A stretch of 39,401 nt of DNA from Candidatus Latescibacterota bacterium. Its GTDB lineage: Bacteria > Latescibacterota > UBA2968 > UBA8231. Below are positions 19,180 through 28,666 of this stretch, in pieces; position 1 is the first letter of the stretch; each line of letters starts with the position of its first letter. Under the pieces are notes generated by a model that saw only the letters and a list, made by a program, of their open reading frames with translations, searched no databases and was not told where the DNA came from. The stretch covers positions 1 to 39,401 of the forward strand of contig CBDBIJ010000041.1 in assembly GCA_965205655.1 (NCBI GenBank), read 5' to 3'. The position numbers were made by a program, and so were the translations under genes.

Positions 19180-22065
19180 ATGGGTGGAGTCAATCAAACG
19201 AAATGTCTCTGCATCGCAATACTGTCATTGGGTTTGTGTGCGGACGAACTGGCAGGCCAGCTCTACCGCTTCGGCAAAAACAAGGTCCAGTACGACGAAT
19301 TCGAATGGCGCAAGATGGATACGCCGCACTTCGACGTCTACTTCTATCCACAAGAAGAGGAGCTGGCCACCTACGCGGCCCGCATGGCAGAAGAGGGGTT
19401 CTCCGACCTGGAGAAGAGATTTGCCCACACTGTACGGCGCCGCGTTCCCCTCATAGTCTACTCCTCCCACGTCTATTTCGAGCAGACGAACATCATCCCG
19501 GGGCTGCTTCCCGAGGGGGTGGCCGGATTCACTGAGTTTCTGAAAGGAAGGGTGGCGCTGCCTCTGAGCGGTTCCATGCCCGACTTCGAGCGCGTTCTCC
19601 ACCACGAGCTCGTCCACGTGTTCATGTTCGATCGCATTCGGACCGTGCTCAGGAGTCGGCACATCTCTCAGTTCCGGCCGAGTCCCCTGTGGTTTTCGGA
19701 GGGTCTGGCGGAGTACTGGTCTTCCGACTGGGAAAGCGTCGGCGGCATGATCATGCGCGACGCTGTGTTCTCGGGACAACTCGTTCCGATCGAGAGCATG
19801 TATCGCATAAACGGAACCTTCCTGTTGTACAAGGAAGGGCAGTCCATCTGCGAATTCATGGCGAGCCGCTACGGAGAAGATGTGTTCGCTCGCCTGCTCG
19901 ACAACTGGTGGCGTTCCGAGCAGTTCTCCGAGGTGTTTGCCATCACCACCGGCGAGACGCTTTCCGACCTCGACGAGCACTGGCAGTACCACGTCCGCAA
20001 GGCATTCCTTCCCGACATCGCCGAGTCCGATCCCCCCAGTCAGATGGCGAAATCGCTGACAACGGAGGGCTACAACCTGAAGCCCGAACTCGTAGCTCCA
20101 ACTGCGACGGGCAAACTCGGTGACATCGCCCTCGACAGTCTCGACGTCATCTTTTTCCGAAACGACCAGGGCTACACGTATATCGCCCGCCAGTCTCTGG
20201 CTGCAGGCGGGCCGCAGACGATCGTCGAAGGAGAGCGGTCCGCCTCGTACGAGTCCCTGCACCCGATGGTCAGCAGCCTGGCAGTCTCCGACGACGGCCG
20301 TTGGCTCGCGTTTTCGGCCAAACGAGGGGGGCGGGATCACCTCCACATCTGGGATCTGCGCCCCGGGGACGGACGGGCGCGCGAGCGATCGAGTTTGAGC
20401 TTCGACTCGATTGTGTCCATTTCCTCGCCGTCGTGGTCGCCGAATGGGCGGCGAATTCTGTTCTCAGGCGCGGGCGCCAGCGGGCAGACCAACCTCTATA
20501 CCGCCGATGTGGAAACCGGCGCCTTACAAACGCTGACCGACGACATCTATCATGACAAGGATCCGGACTGGGATCCTGCGGGAAACTGGATCGCGTTCAG
20601 CTCTGATCGCTGGCTGGGAGGTCGCAGAGGCTACTACAACCTCTTCCTCTACGAGCTGGAGGGCGGGCGCATCGTCCAGTTGACGCGCGGAGAGCACAAC
20701 GATCTGCAGCCTTCGTGGTCGCCATCGGGCGAAAGAATCGCCTTCAGTTCCGACCGCACCCGCATCTACGATCTCTACGCAGTCGCCGTGACCGAGGCCG
20801 ACGAAGGCGTGGCGCCGACGGCGGCGGCGCTGCACAGGCTCTCGCACACTCTGACGGGGGTCTTCGATCCCACCTGGCTGCCGGACGAAAGCGGTCTGCT
20901 GTTTACCGGATACGAGGCTGGCCGATTCAACATATACAGACTGGATTTTCCCGCACAGAATGGGGGCGAGGGAGCGGCCGACTCCTCTGTCGTGGCGTTG
21001 GCACCGGTGGAAGTAGACGAGGCCGACAGCTGGAGGCTCACCGGGTTCGACCGCGGCAGCCCACTCACGCAGCGGAAGTACAAACGGCAGCTCACCCTGG
21101 ACATTGCCCAGAGTCAGATTTCCCAGGATCCCGTCTTCGGCACATCCGGGGGAATTCAAATCGGTCTGAGCGATCTGCTCGGCAACGAGCAGTACTATTT
21201 CGTTCTGTCTCACATCTCGGGCAGCGACGTCGGTCTTCTGAACGGGCTCAACTTCGCCTTCGGCCGCATGCATCTGGCCAGGCAACTCAACGTGATCTGG
21301 GGGGGCTTCAGACTCAACGACCGTTTCAGCCGGCTCGGCCGTTTCGTGCGCGAGAAGAGAGCTGGTGGATACGTCGAGTTGAGTTACCCGTTCTCGCGAC
21401 ACACTCGGGTGGAAACCCGCATGTCCGTGCGTCACTCGGACATCGACCGCCGCATCGAGGGCCGCGAGCTCAAGGGGTGGCTGGTGTCGAACTACCTGAG
21501 CTACACCCACGACAACAGTCTGTGGATACCGACCGGGCCGCTGGAGGGCAGGCGATACAGCATCGGCGTCGGCCAAAGTGTCGATTTCAAGAGCTCGCGC
21601 CGGTTCAACGTGACCCTCTTCGGCGACTACAGACAGTACCTGAGACTGTCGCGCCGCAGCGGCTTCGCAGTTCGTTACATGGGGCGCCACAGCCGGGGTG
21701 ATGTGCCAGAATTCTTTTCCATCGGGGGGAGCTGGACCGTGCGCGGCTATGGGTGGCGAACGATCTGGGGACGAAATCTCGTTCTCGCGAACCACGAGCT
21801 CCGCTTTCCCTTGCTGGATCGGCTCGTGTTCGCATTCCCCTTTGGGAATATCGATATAAGCGCCTTCCGGGGCGCAGTTTTCGTGGATGCCGGCAATGCC
21901 TGGAGCGATACCTTCGGCGACTGGAACGGGGCTATCGGAGCCGGTACTCGTCTGGCCATCGGAGGTGGTGTCTTCGTTTTCCGCCTCGACGCCTCGAGGC
22001 GCACCGACTTCGCCTCCATCGGCAACGACACCCACTGGGATTTCTTCTTCGGCTGGGATTTTTGA
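19180..22065 (+). CDS. Omp85/BamA-superfamily outer membrane protein with N-terminal gluzincin-type peptidase and TolB-like PD40 propeller
   Basis: Signal peptide, then FGKNKVQY. LHHELVHVF and WFSEGLAEY zinc motifs. Repeated PSWSPxG..IAFSSDR. Barrel with GGSWTVRGY, ELRFP and FVDAGNAW, ending in FFFGWDF. Confidence 0.85.
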   Translation: MGGVNQTKCLCIAILSLGLCADELAGQLYRFGKNKVQYDEFEWRKMDTPHFDVYFYPQEEELATYAARMAEEGFSDLEKRFAHTVRRRVPLIVYSSHVYFEQTNIIPGLLPEGVAGFTEFLKGRVALPLSGSMPDFERVLHHELVHVFMFDRIRTVLRSRHISQFRPSPLWFSEGLAEYWSSDWESVGGMIMRDAVFSGQLVPIESMYRINGTFLLYKEGQSICEFMASRYGEDVFARLLDNWWRSEQFSEVFAITTGETLSDLDEHWQYHVRKAFLPDIAESDPPSQMAKSLTTEGYNLKPELVAPTATGKLGDIALDSLDVIFFRNDQGYTYIARQSLAAGGPQTIVEGERSASYESLHPMVSSLAVSDDGRWLAFSAKRGGRDHLHIWDLRPGDGRARERSSLSFDSIVSISSPSWSPNGRRILFSGAGASGQTNLYTADVETGALQTLTDDIYHDKDPDWDPAGNWIAFSSDRWLGGRRGYYNLFLYELEGGRIVQLTRGEHNDLQPSWSPSGERIAFSSDRTRIYDLYAVAVTEADEGVAPTAAALHRLSHTLTGVFDPTWLPDESGLLFTGYEAGRFNIYRLDFPAQNGGEGAADSSVVALAPVEVDEADSWRLTGFDRGSPLTQRKYKRQLTLDIAQSQISQDPVFGTSGGIQIGLSDLLGNEQYYFVLSHISGSDVGLLNGLNFAFGRMHLARQLNVIWGGFRLNDRFSRLGRFVREKRAGGYVELSYPFSRHTRVETRMSVRHSDIDRRIEGRELKGWLVSNYLSYTHDNSLWIPTGPLEGRRYSIGVGQSVDFKSSRRFNVTLFGDYRQYLRLSRRSGFAVRYMGRHSRGDVPEFFSIGGSWTVRGYGWRTIWGRNLVLANHELRFPLLDRLVFAFPFGNIDISAFRGAVFVDAGNAWSDTFGDWNGAIGAGTRLAIGGGVFVFRLDASRRTDFASIGNDTHWDFFFGWDF

Positions 22066-23201
22066 ACCCGCTTCAGCGACTGAGACTCACACTTTTTCTG
22101 GGAGTCGCACTGGCCACCGGCGGCTGCGGCCATAAGGTCCTCTACCTGACCGACTCCGAGGGCGAGTCCGACTGGTTGCAGGTCGGAGGCGCAGCGTCGG
22201 CCGGCAGTTTCAGAGCTACAGGACCCTATCCGCCGTTGCGGCTGCTGTGGCAGCAGAGGATGGACGGCGCGCCGCTGGGTGGCAGCATACTGTCTGGACG
22301 GCTGGCTCTGACACTGACGAAGACCTCAACTCTCCATGCCTTCGACAGGAAATCGGGGCACGCGGTGGCCAAGATGTCCCTCGATGATGCCGTGTGCGCG
22401 CCCCCGGCAGTGGCGGGGGATTTCGATGAGCTCCTCGTCTTCGCCGAACTGGGCCGACAACCGAAGCTGCGGGCCATCGATCGACGCACGGGAGAGAGCC
22501 GCTGGCAGTTCGACGGCGTCGCCTGCGCTGCCATTGTCATCAGCGGCGACACCCTGTTCGCAGCGCTGGAAAACGGGCGACTGCTGGCCCTGTCAACCGC
22601 GGAGGGGAAGGAATTGTGGCACTGGGACATGGAGGGGCGTCCACTGACGCCGCCGGCAGCGTATCGCGGTGATGTCCTCGTGGGCGACAGCAAAGGGACG
22701 CTGACAGCCCTCGACGCGGTGAGTGGCGAGCCCCGCTGGCAAAGCGAGCTCGGCGCCAGTGTCAGGAGCCAACCTGTGATCGGGGCGGGCAGGGTGTTTG
22801 TCGCCACGGGAGCCGGCGAGGTGCATGGTCTCGAGGCCCTGTCGGGTGAGCGGTTGTGGAGTGTGCGACTGGGGGGTCTCCCGACACCGGGGATGAGCTT
22901 GAACCCGCACGTGCTGTCCGTAGGGTGCGTCGATCACTACATCTACGGACTGGATCCTCAAACCGGTCGGGTCGTCTGGAAGTTCGAAACCGAGAGCGTC
23001 GTTCGATCGACGCCCGCATCCACAGAGAGTACGGTATACGCAGGCAGCAACGATGGCAGCGTATACGCCATCGATTCGCAAACCGGCGGTCTGAAATGGA
23101 AATACGAGCTCGCCGAGCCGATTGTCGAGCCGTTCGTGCTGTCCTCTGACGCCCTGATCGTGGCGACTGAAACCGGGAGTCTCTATGCCTTTGGGCGCTA
23201 G
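22062..23201 (+). CDS. PQQ-repeat beta-propeller lipoprotein (BamB-like)
   Basis: TTG start overlaps the Omp85 stop. Lipobox LATGGC. Repeated AxDxxTGxxxW motifs and terminal GSLYAF. Confidence 0.8.
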   Translation: MNPLQRLRLTLFLGVALATGGCGHKVLYLTDSEGESDWLQVGGAASAGSFRATGPYPPLRLLWQQRMDGAPLGGSILSGRLALTLTKTSTLHAFDRKSGHAVAKMSLDDAVCAPPAVAGDFDELLVFAELGRQPKLRAIDRRTGESRWQFDGVACAAIVISGDTLFAALENGRLLALSTAEGKELWHWDMEGRPLTPPAAYRGDVLVGDSKGTLTALDAVSGEPRWQSELGASVRSQPVIGAGRVFVATGAGEVHGLEALSGERLWSVRLGGLPTPGMSLNPHVLSVGCVDHYIYGLDPQTGRVVWKFETESVVRSTPASTESTVYAGSNDGSVYAIDSQTGGLKWKYELAEPIVEPFVLSSDALIVATETGSLYAFGR

Positions 23202-23214
23202 CCGGGAATGTCGC

Positions 23215-23748
23215 GTGCTTATCTCGCTCGTGTTTGTCCCATTCGTCGTGGCTGCGCCCTCTGTCGCCGACGAAGGCCCGGCGCACATCACGCACCGAAT
23301 CGCCGAGGTCGGTTCAGCGACAGCGCTATCGATCATTTTGGTCGGCTCTCGCACCGTATCCCTAGTGGGGCAGACGTATTCATGGGCACCGCGGCTGGGA
23401 ATACACCACTACCACCACCCGTCGAGCAATCTGCAGCCGGAGACGAAGGCGCATCAACGCCGTGGCGCCGACAGCTCTGAGGGAGACGCGCGGGTGGTGA
23501 GGTCGAGCCCCAGCCGCTCGCGCACCAGGCTGTACGTCAGCGCCAGCCTGGCCATCACGGCAACCGCTGTGGCCAAATGGAGCAAGCGGGAAGCCGATCG
23601 CTCGTATGAGCGTTACCTCACCGCCGCCAACAGGGAGACGCAGAAGGACCAGTTCGACAGAGCAGAGCGCTACGACCGGCTCTCCGGAGCAGCCTACGCG
23701 GCAATGGAGGCCGGTGTCGTACTCACGGCTTACTTCGTATTCTTCTAG
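23215..23748 (+). CDS. Hypothetical exported/membrane protein
   Basis: Signal-like N-terminus (VLISLVFVPFVVAAPSVA) and C-terminal helical hairpin (ADRSYERY...AERYDRLS...LTAYFVFF). Start is uncertain (23185 or 23215). Confidence 0.55.
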   Translation: MLISLVFVPFVVAAPSVADEGPAHITHRIAEVGSATALSIILVGSRTVSLVGQTYSWAPRLGIHHYHHPSSNLQPETKAHQRRGADSSEGDARVVRSSPSRSRTRLYVSASLAITATAVAKWSKREADRSYERYLTAANRETQKDQFDRAERYDRLSGAAYAAMEAGVVLTAYFVFF

Positions 23749-23750
23749 TT

Positions 23751-25049
23751 ATGGCGAAGCGCAGCTACAACGCGAGACACCTCTGGCCGACCGCGGTGGC
23801 GGCTCTCCTGCTGGCCACGTGCACGGACCGGCAGCATCGCAATCCGCTCGACCCGGAGACGGATCAGCCGGCATTCGAGGTCAGCGGGCTCGAAGTCATC
23901 GCCGGAGATGAGCGCGTCCAGCTTCGCTGGGATTTTAGCCGCTTCGTCGATATCACCGGCGTGCGCCTCCATCGTGAGGTCACGTCGAGCTTGACAGGCG
24001 ATGGCACAGGAGCTTTGGCGCGAGATCTACCGCCGAGTGCGGCAGAGTATGTCGACGACGACCTCGTCAATGGCACCACGTATCGATACCATCTCGGGAT
24101 CGTGGTGAAGGGGGAAGGGGAGAGGCAACGGGAACAGGTCAGATTCGCCACGCCGGGTCCCGAATCAGGGTGGATCGCCGACACCGGCAACAGGGTGGTA
24201 TGGAAGTTGAGCCCGGACGGTCGCAGCGCTTTCTTCGCAGCGGGCCCCTTCGGAGACATTCGGGCGATCGCCGTGGACGAGAGCATCGGCGACTGCTGGG
24301 TGAGTGACGCCGCGTTCGGCGGGTTGATCCGAATCGAGGCGGATGGTGCCCTCGAGCTTTTCGCCGCCGATGTAGACGGGGCAGCTGATCTGAGCCTCGC
24401 CGCGACGGGTGAGCTTGGCTGGATCATTGACGCGAAGCAACGCAGAGTCTACTGGTTCGAAGTACCCGCCGCCGGCGTAGATTCACTGCGGCTCGTCGAA
24501 GTGGACGCCAGCTTCGTGGAGCCGCACAGCCTCGCGGCCACGAACAAGCGTTGCTGGATCGCCGATCGGGGGGCAGGGAGCGTCATTCTGTATGCGAGCG
24601 ACGGCACCCGCTCCGGCCAGTGGGGCAATCTGGAGACCCCCGGGCCGGTCGCGGCAGGAGCTCCCGCCGCCGAGCCGGATTCGTCGACGGGAGGGTGGGT
24701 ACTCGTTCGCGACGGCAGCGCGCTCGTCCATCTCGTACCCGGCTCCGCGGCAGTTGAATTCGCGCTGCCTTTCGGTCCCGGCATTGGGCTCGACGTGGAC
24801 ACCCTCACCGGCGAGTGCTGGGTGCTCGTCGAGAACGGCTTCGCAACCTTTGACGGCATGGGAGAAATCCGGAGGAGGCTCGACTTCCCCACGCTCAGCG
24901 ACCTGGCCGTCGACGGCTTCAATCGGCAGGTCTGGTTGACCGGCAGCGGAGCCAGTTGGAAGCTGTCAATTGACGATGGCACGAAGACTCAACTCACTGG
25001 GTTCGCAACGCCAGTCCAAGTCGAAGTCGACCCGGGAGTGAGCTTATGA
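23751..25049 (+). CDS. Lipoprotein with FN3-like domain and NHL/YVTN-like beta-propeller
   Basis: Lipobox LLATC, NPLDP, VQLRW...YVDDDLVNGTTYRY, and repeated G.CWVxD strands. Confidence 0.7.
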   Translation: MAKRSYNARHLWPTAVAALLLATCTDRQHRNPLDPETDQPAFEVSGLEVIAGDERVQLRWDFSRFVDITGVRLHREVTSSLTGDGTGALARDLPPSAAEYVDDDLVNGTTYRYHLGIVVKGEGERQREQVRFATPGPESGWIADTGNRVVWKLSPDGRSAFFAAGPFGDIRAIAVDESIGDCWVSDAAFGGLIRIEADGALELFAADVDGAADLSLAATGELGWIIDAKQRRVYWFEVPAAGVDSLRLVEVDASFVEPHSLAATNKRCWIADRGAGSVILYASDGTRSGQWGNLETPGPVAAGAPAAEPDSSTGGWVLVRDGSALVHLVPGSAAVEFALPFGPGIGLDVDTLTGECWVLVENGFATFDGMGEIRRRLDFPTLSDLAVDGFNRQVWLTGSGASWKLSIDDGTKTQLTGFATPVQVEVDPGVSL

Positions 25050-25085
25050 CGAATGGAATCATCATGATCGCGGACGGTCGGTAGG

Positions 25086-25973
25086 ATGGGCAATATCGTC
25101 AGTATGACCGGAATCGGCATCGGCGTCGCCGAGGGCGACGGGCTCAGAGTGCGTCTCGTGTTGCGTTCGGTGAACGGTCGGTTTTTCGATCTGCAGGTGC
25201 GCTGCCCCCAGGGTATGCAGGAATTCGAGCAGGTTGTCCGCGATCGCCTGCAAGGACATATCCATCGGGGCAAGATGAGCGCGAACCTCGAGCTCGTCGA
25301 GCTGGAGGATGCCGATGGGTATATGCCGACGCTCAACGAGGCGATGGCGCGCAGATACCTCGAAGAGCTGAAGCGCCTTGCACAGATAGGAGGCATGGAA
25401 GCGCAACCCAGCCTCGATGTCGTGACGCGATTGCCAGGGCTGTTCCGCTCCGAGGGGGGCACCCGGGAGCAGGAGCAGGTGTCAGCTCTCGTATCGCGGG
25501 CACTCGAGGACGCGATCGCTGAATTCGACGGCATGCGCGAAGCCGAGGGCCGCTCCCTTGCCGACGACCTTCAGGGGAGAATCAACCGCGTCGAGGAGAT
25601 GGTGCAGCGGGTCGAGGAGATAGCGTCGCAGACAAAGGAGCGAGCTCGAGACAAACTGCGGGAGAAAGTGGAGGCGCTCTTGCGCCCCGGTGAAGTCGAC
25701 GAGAATCGCCTCGCCACGGAAATCGTTCTCATCGCGGAGCGCAGCGATGTCACCGAGGAGATCGTGAGGTTTCACAGCCACAACAGCCAGTTTCTCGAGG
25801 CGCTGCAGCGAGGCGGCGATGTGGGCAAACGCCTGAACTTCCTCCTGCAGGAGATGCATCGAGAAGCGAACACGATCAGCTCCAAGTCGATCGATTCCGA
25901 TATCATTCACACAGTCGTCGACGTGAAGGAGGAGGTAGAGCGCCTTCGCGAGCAGGTACAGAATCTCGCTTGA
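25086..25973 (+). CDS. yicC: YicC/YloC family endoribonuclease
   Basis: SMTGIG, RSVNGRFFD, DVTEEIVRFHSH, GKRLNFLLQEMHREANTISSK, ERLREQVQN. Confidence 0.93.
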   Translation: MGNIVSMTGIGIGVAEGDGLRVRLVLRSVNGRFFDLQVRCPQGMQEFEQVVRDRLQGHIHRGKMSANLELVELEDADGYMPTLNEAMARRYLEELKRLAQIGGMEAQPSLDVVTRLPGLFRSEGGTREQEQVSALVSRALEDAIAEFDGMREAEGRSLADDLQGRINRVEEMVQRVEEIASQTKERARDKLREKVEALLRPGEVDENRLATEIVLIAERSDVTEEIVRFHSHNSQFLEALQRGGDVGKRLNFLLQEMHREANTISSKSIDSDIIHTVVDVKEEVERLREQVQNLA

Positions 25974-26512
25974 GCGCCAGCAGCGACATCGTAACCGTGA
26001 GCGGATTGCCGGGCAGCGGCACGAGCACCGTCTGCCAGCTGATCGGCGAGCGCACCGGTTGGGTCTATCTCAATACGGGAGACGCCTTTCGCCAGATGGC
26101 GGCGGAAGCGGGAATCTCCCTGCCCGAGTTCGGCAGCCGCGCCGAGGATCGTGCCGACATCGATCGCGAGCTCGACGCCCGCATGGTGCGCGAGACATCG
26201 CAGATAGAAGGGGGCGTCATTCTTGAGGGCCGCGTCACCGGATGGATGGCTCGGCGACACGCCATGGAGGCTGTGAAAGTGTGGATGGAAGCCGATATTC
26301 AGGCTCGAGCCGAGCGCGTGGCACAGCGCGAGGGGCAGTCGAGGGAGCAGGCCCTACTGGCCATCCGCCAGCGAGAGCAATCCGAGACACGGCGCTATGC
26401 GGATCATCACGGGATCGATATAACCGATCTGACCATTTACGATCTGGTGATCGACTCCATGGAGCAAACACCCCATCAGATCGCGGATCGCATTCTGGCC
26501 CAAACCCGCTGA
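25970..26512 (+). CDS. cmk: Cytidylate kinase, archaeal/type 2
   Basis: VTVSGLPGSGTST, GDAFRQMA, IDRELD, ILEGRVTGW, RAERVAQREG, YDLVIDS. About 180 aa. Confidence 0.8.
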   Translation: MSASSDIVTVSGLPGSGTSTVCQLIGERTGWVYLNTGDAFRQMAAEAGISLPEFGSRAEDRADIDRELDARMVRETSQIEGGVILEGRVTGWMARRHAMEAVKVWMEADIQARAERVAQREGQSREQALLAIRQREQSETRRYADHHGIDITDLTIYDLVIDSMEQTPHQIADRILAQTR

Positions 26513-26522
26513 GGAGGGTAGA

Positions 26523-27755
26523 ATGTCCGTGGATCTGCAGGGCGCGCGAATACTGCTGGGAGTGAGCGGCGGCATCGCCGCGTACAAAGCGCCACTCGTC
26601 CTCAGGCTCCTCACTCAACACGGTGCCGAAGTGCGGGTTGTCACGACGCCAGCCGCGCGTCGGTTTGTCTCACCGACGACACTCGAAGTCCTGTCACGCT
26701 ACCCCGTCTATTCTGATCTGTTCGAGCGCAGCGGCGAGTTCCCCGTCCTTCACGTGGGCCTCGCCGAGTGGTCGAGCCTCGTCCTCATAGCACCGGCGAC
26801 GGCCAACACGATTGGTAAGATCGCCAACGGCATCGGTGACGATCTCCTGTCGACGATCATGCTGAGCGCCAGGAGTCCCGTCCTGCTGGCGCCAGCGATG
26901 GAAACGGACATGCTCGACAATCCCCGCGTGCGGGAGAATATCCTACGGCTCCAGCAAGAGGGGATGGGATGGGTTGATGCGGAGTTCGGCGAGCTCGCCT
27001 CAGGGGCATCGGGGGAGGGCCGAATGGCCAGCCCCGAAACGATCGTCGAGCACGTGGTCGGCGCGCTTGCGGAAGCGACGGCGGGTCATCGGCGCGGGAC
27101 AGACCTGCGCGACCTGCGCCTCCTGGTAACCGCGGGACCGACTTTCGAGGATATCGATCCGGTCCGATTCATCGCCAATCGCTCGACGGGCAAGATGGGG
27201 TTCGCGATCGCCGAACGGGCGCGGCGAAGGGGTGCGGACGTCAGTCTCATCTCGGGCCCGACCTCTCTGGCCGATCCCCCAGGGGTTGCCGTGACGAGGG
27301 TGCGTTCAGCCCTTGATATGGAGCGAGCCGCCCAACAGCTGTTCGAGCAGACAGAGGCCGCCATTCTAGCGGCCGCCGTGGCGGACTATCGCGTCCGCAA
27401 CCCCGCTGCGAGTAAGATTGCGTCGAAGGCGGAATCACTCACGCTGGAGCTCGTGCCAAACCCCGACATCGCAGCCGGGCTCGGACGGAGAAAGGGGACG
27501 CGGGTGCTCGTCGGCTTCGCCATGGAGACGGAACCCGGCACAGAGAGGGCGCGACAGAAGCTGGAACAGAAGAACTTCGATCTCATCGCCTTGAACAACC
27601 TCTTCGATGAAGGGGCGGGGTTCGCCGTTGACACGAACGTGGTCTCGATCATCGACGACTCAGGGATTAGAGAAGACCTGCCGAGAATGACAAAGGCGCA
27701 AGTGGCCGACGAAATCCTGGACCGCACCGCATCTCTGTGGCGGCGGAAGCGGTAG
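26523..27755 (+). CDS. coaBC: Bifunctional phosphopantothenoylcysteine decarboxylase/synthase
   Basis: GVSGGIAAYK, APATAN, APAM, TAGPTFEDIDPVRFIANRSTGKMG, AAVADY, GFAMET. Confidence 0.96.
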   Translation: MSVDLQGARILLGVSGGIAAYKAPLVLRLLTQHGAEVRVVTTPAARRFVSPTTLEVLSRYPVYSDLFERSGEFPVLHVGLAEWSSLVLIAPATANTIGKIANGIGDDLLSTIMLSARSPVLLAPAMETDMLDNPRVRENILRLQQEGMGWVDAEFGELASGASGEGRMASPETIVEHVVGALAEATAGHRRGTDLRDLRLLVTAGPTFEDIDPVRFIANRSTGKMGFAIAERARRRGADVSLISGPTSLADPPGVAVTRVRSALDMERAAQQLFEQTEAAILAAAVADYRVRNPAASKIASKAESLTLELVPNPDIAAGLGRRKGTRVLVGFAMETEPGTERARQKLEQKNFDLIALNNLFDEGAGFAVDTNVVSIIDDSGIREDLPRMTKAQVADEILDRTASLWRRKR

Positions 27756-27800
27756 GCTCAAGGCATCATTCACGGGTAGGTCAGCCCCGTCGGGCGACCG

Positions 27801-27829
27801 TTGACAGGGGTCTGCCAGGCTGCCATCTT
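27801..27829 (+). promoter_or_regulatory. Putative sigma70 promoter for udg-dnaB-yigZ
   Basis: TTGACA-17 nt-CATCTT with TG extended -10. Confidence 0.6.
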
Positions 27830-27849
27830 CACGTCGATCAGCTCCCCTT

Positions 27850-27863
27850 ACACACACACACAC
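27850..27863 (+). repeat. (AC)7 dinucleotide repeat in the predicted 5' UTR
   Basis: acacacacacacac seen directly. Confidence 0.8.
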
Positions 27864-27928
27864 CGACGAACATCCAAATACCGAAACTGGACGTGCCGAG
27901 AGTCCGCCTCTCCGGCGAAGGACGTGGC

Positions 27929-28663
27929 GTGGTCGAAGACCGCAAAGCGGTCCTGCAACAGGTGCAGCGGTATCTAGAAGACCTTATCCTGTTCGAGGGG
28001 GAGAGCTTTCTGATTCCGCATGAGCTACAAGCGACCAAGGTCGCTGAAGCTGGCGCAGCCGAAGCTGCTGGCGCAGCTTTTGCGGATGCAGTCGTATCCG
28101 CGGCGCGAGAGCTCGAGGGCTTCGAGCGACAGATCTGCGCGTGCACGAACTGTGCGCTCGGCCACAGTCGTCGCAGGTTCGTTTTTGGCTCGGGGAGTCC
28201 GAATGCCGGAATCATGTTCATCGGTGAGGCACCCGGCGCCGAAGAGGACCGTCAGGGCCAGCCTTTTGTTGGCGCAGCGGGTCAGCTGCTGACGAAAATC
28301 ATTCAGGCGATCGGTCTGAGTCGGGAAGAGGTTTACATCTGCAACATGCTCAAGTGCCGCCCGCCCAGCAACCGGGATCCGCTTCCAGAAGAGGTCGCCG
28401 AGTGTGAACCATACCTGAAACGGCAGATCGAAATCGTCAGACCGAAGGTAATCTGCACGCTCGGCCGAGTGGCGTCGCAGGCCATACTGCGCAGTGCCTC
28501 CTCGATGCGACAGCTTCGGGGCACGTTGCACCAGTACGAAGGAATTCCCGTCATCGTCACCTACCATCCCGCCGCGTTGCTGAGAAACGCGACGCTGAAG
28601 AAGGACACGTGGGAGGATGTGAAGTGGCTGCGACGCGAATACGATGGCACGGAGGTATCGTAG
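27929..28663 (+). CDS. udg: Family 4 uracil-DNA glycosylase (4Fe-4S)
   Basis: CTNCAL, IGEAPGAEED, GQPFVGAAG, KCRPPSNRDP...C, YHPAALLR. GTG start after GAAGGA. Confidence 0.92.
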   Translation: MVEDRKAVLQQVQRYLEDLILFEGESFLIPHELQATKVAEAGAAEAAGAAFADAVVSAARELEGFERQICACTNCALGHSRRRFVFGSGSPNAGIMFIGEAPGAEEDRQGQPFVGAAGQLLTKIIQAIGLSREEVYICNMLKCRPPSNRDPLPEEVAECEPYLKRQIEIVRPKVICTLGRVASQAILRSASSMRQLRGTLHQYEGIPVIVTYHPAALLRNATLKKDTWEDVKWLRREYDGTEVS

Positions 28664-28666
28664 CTC

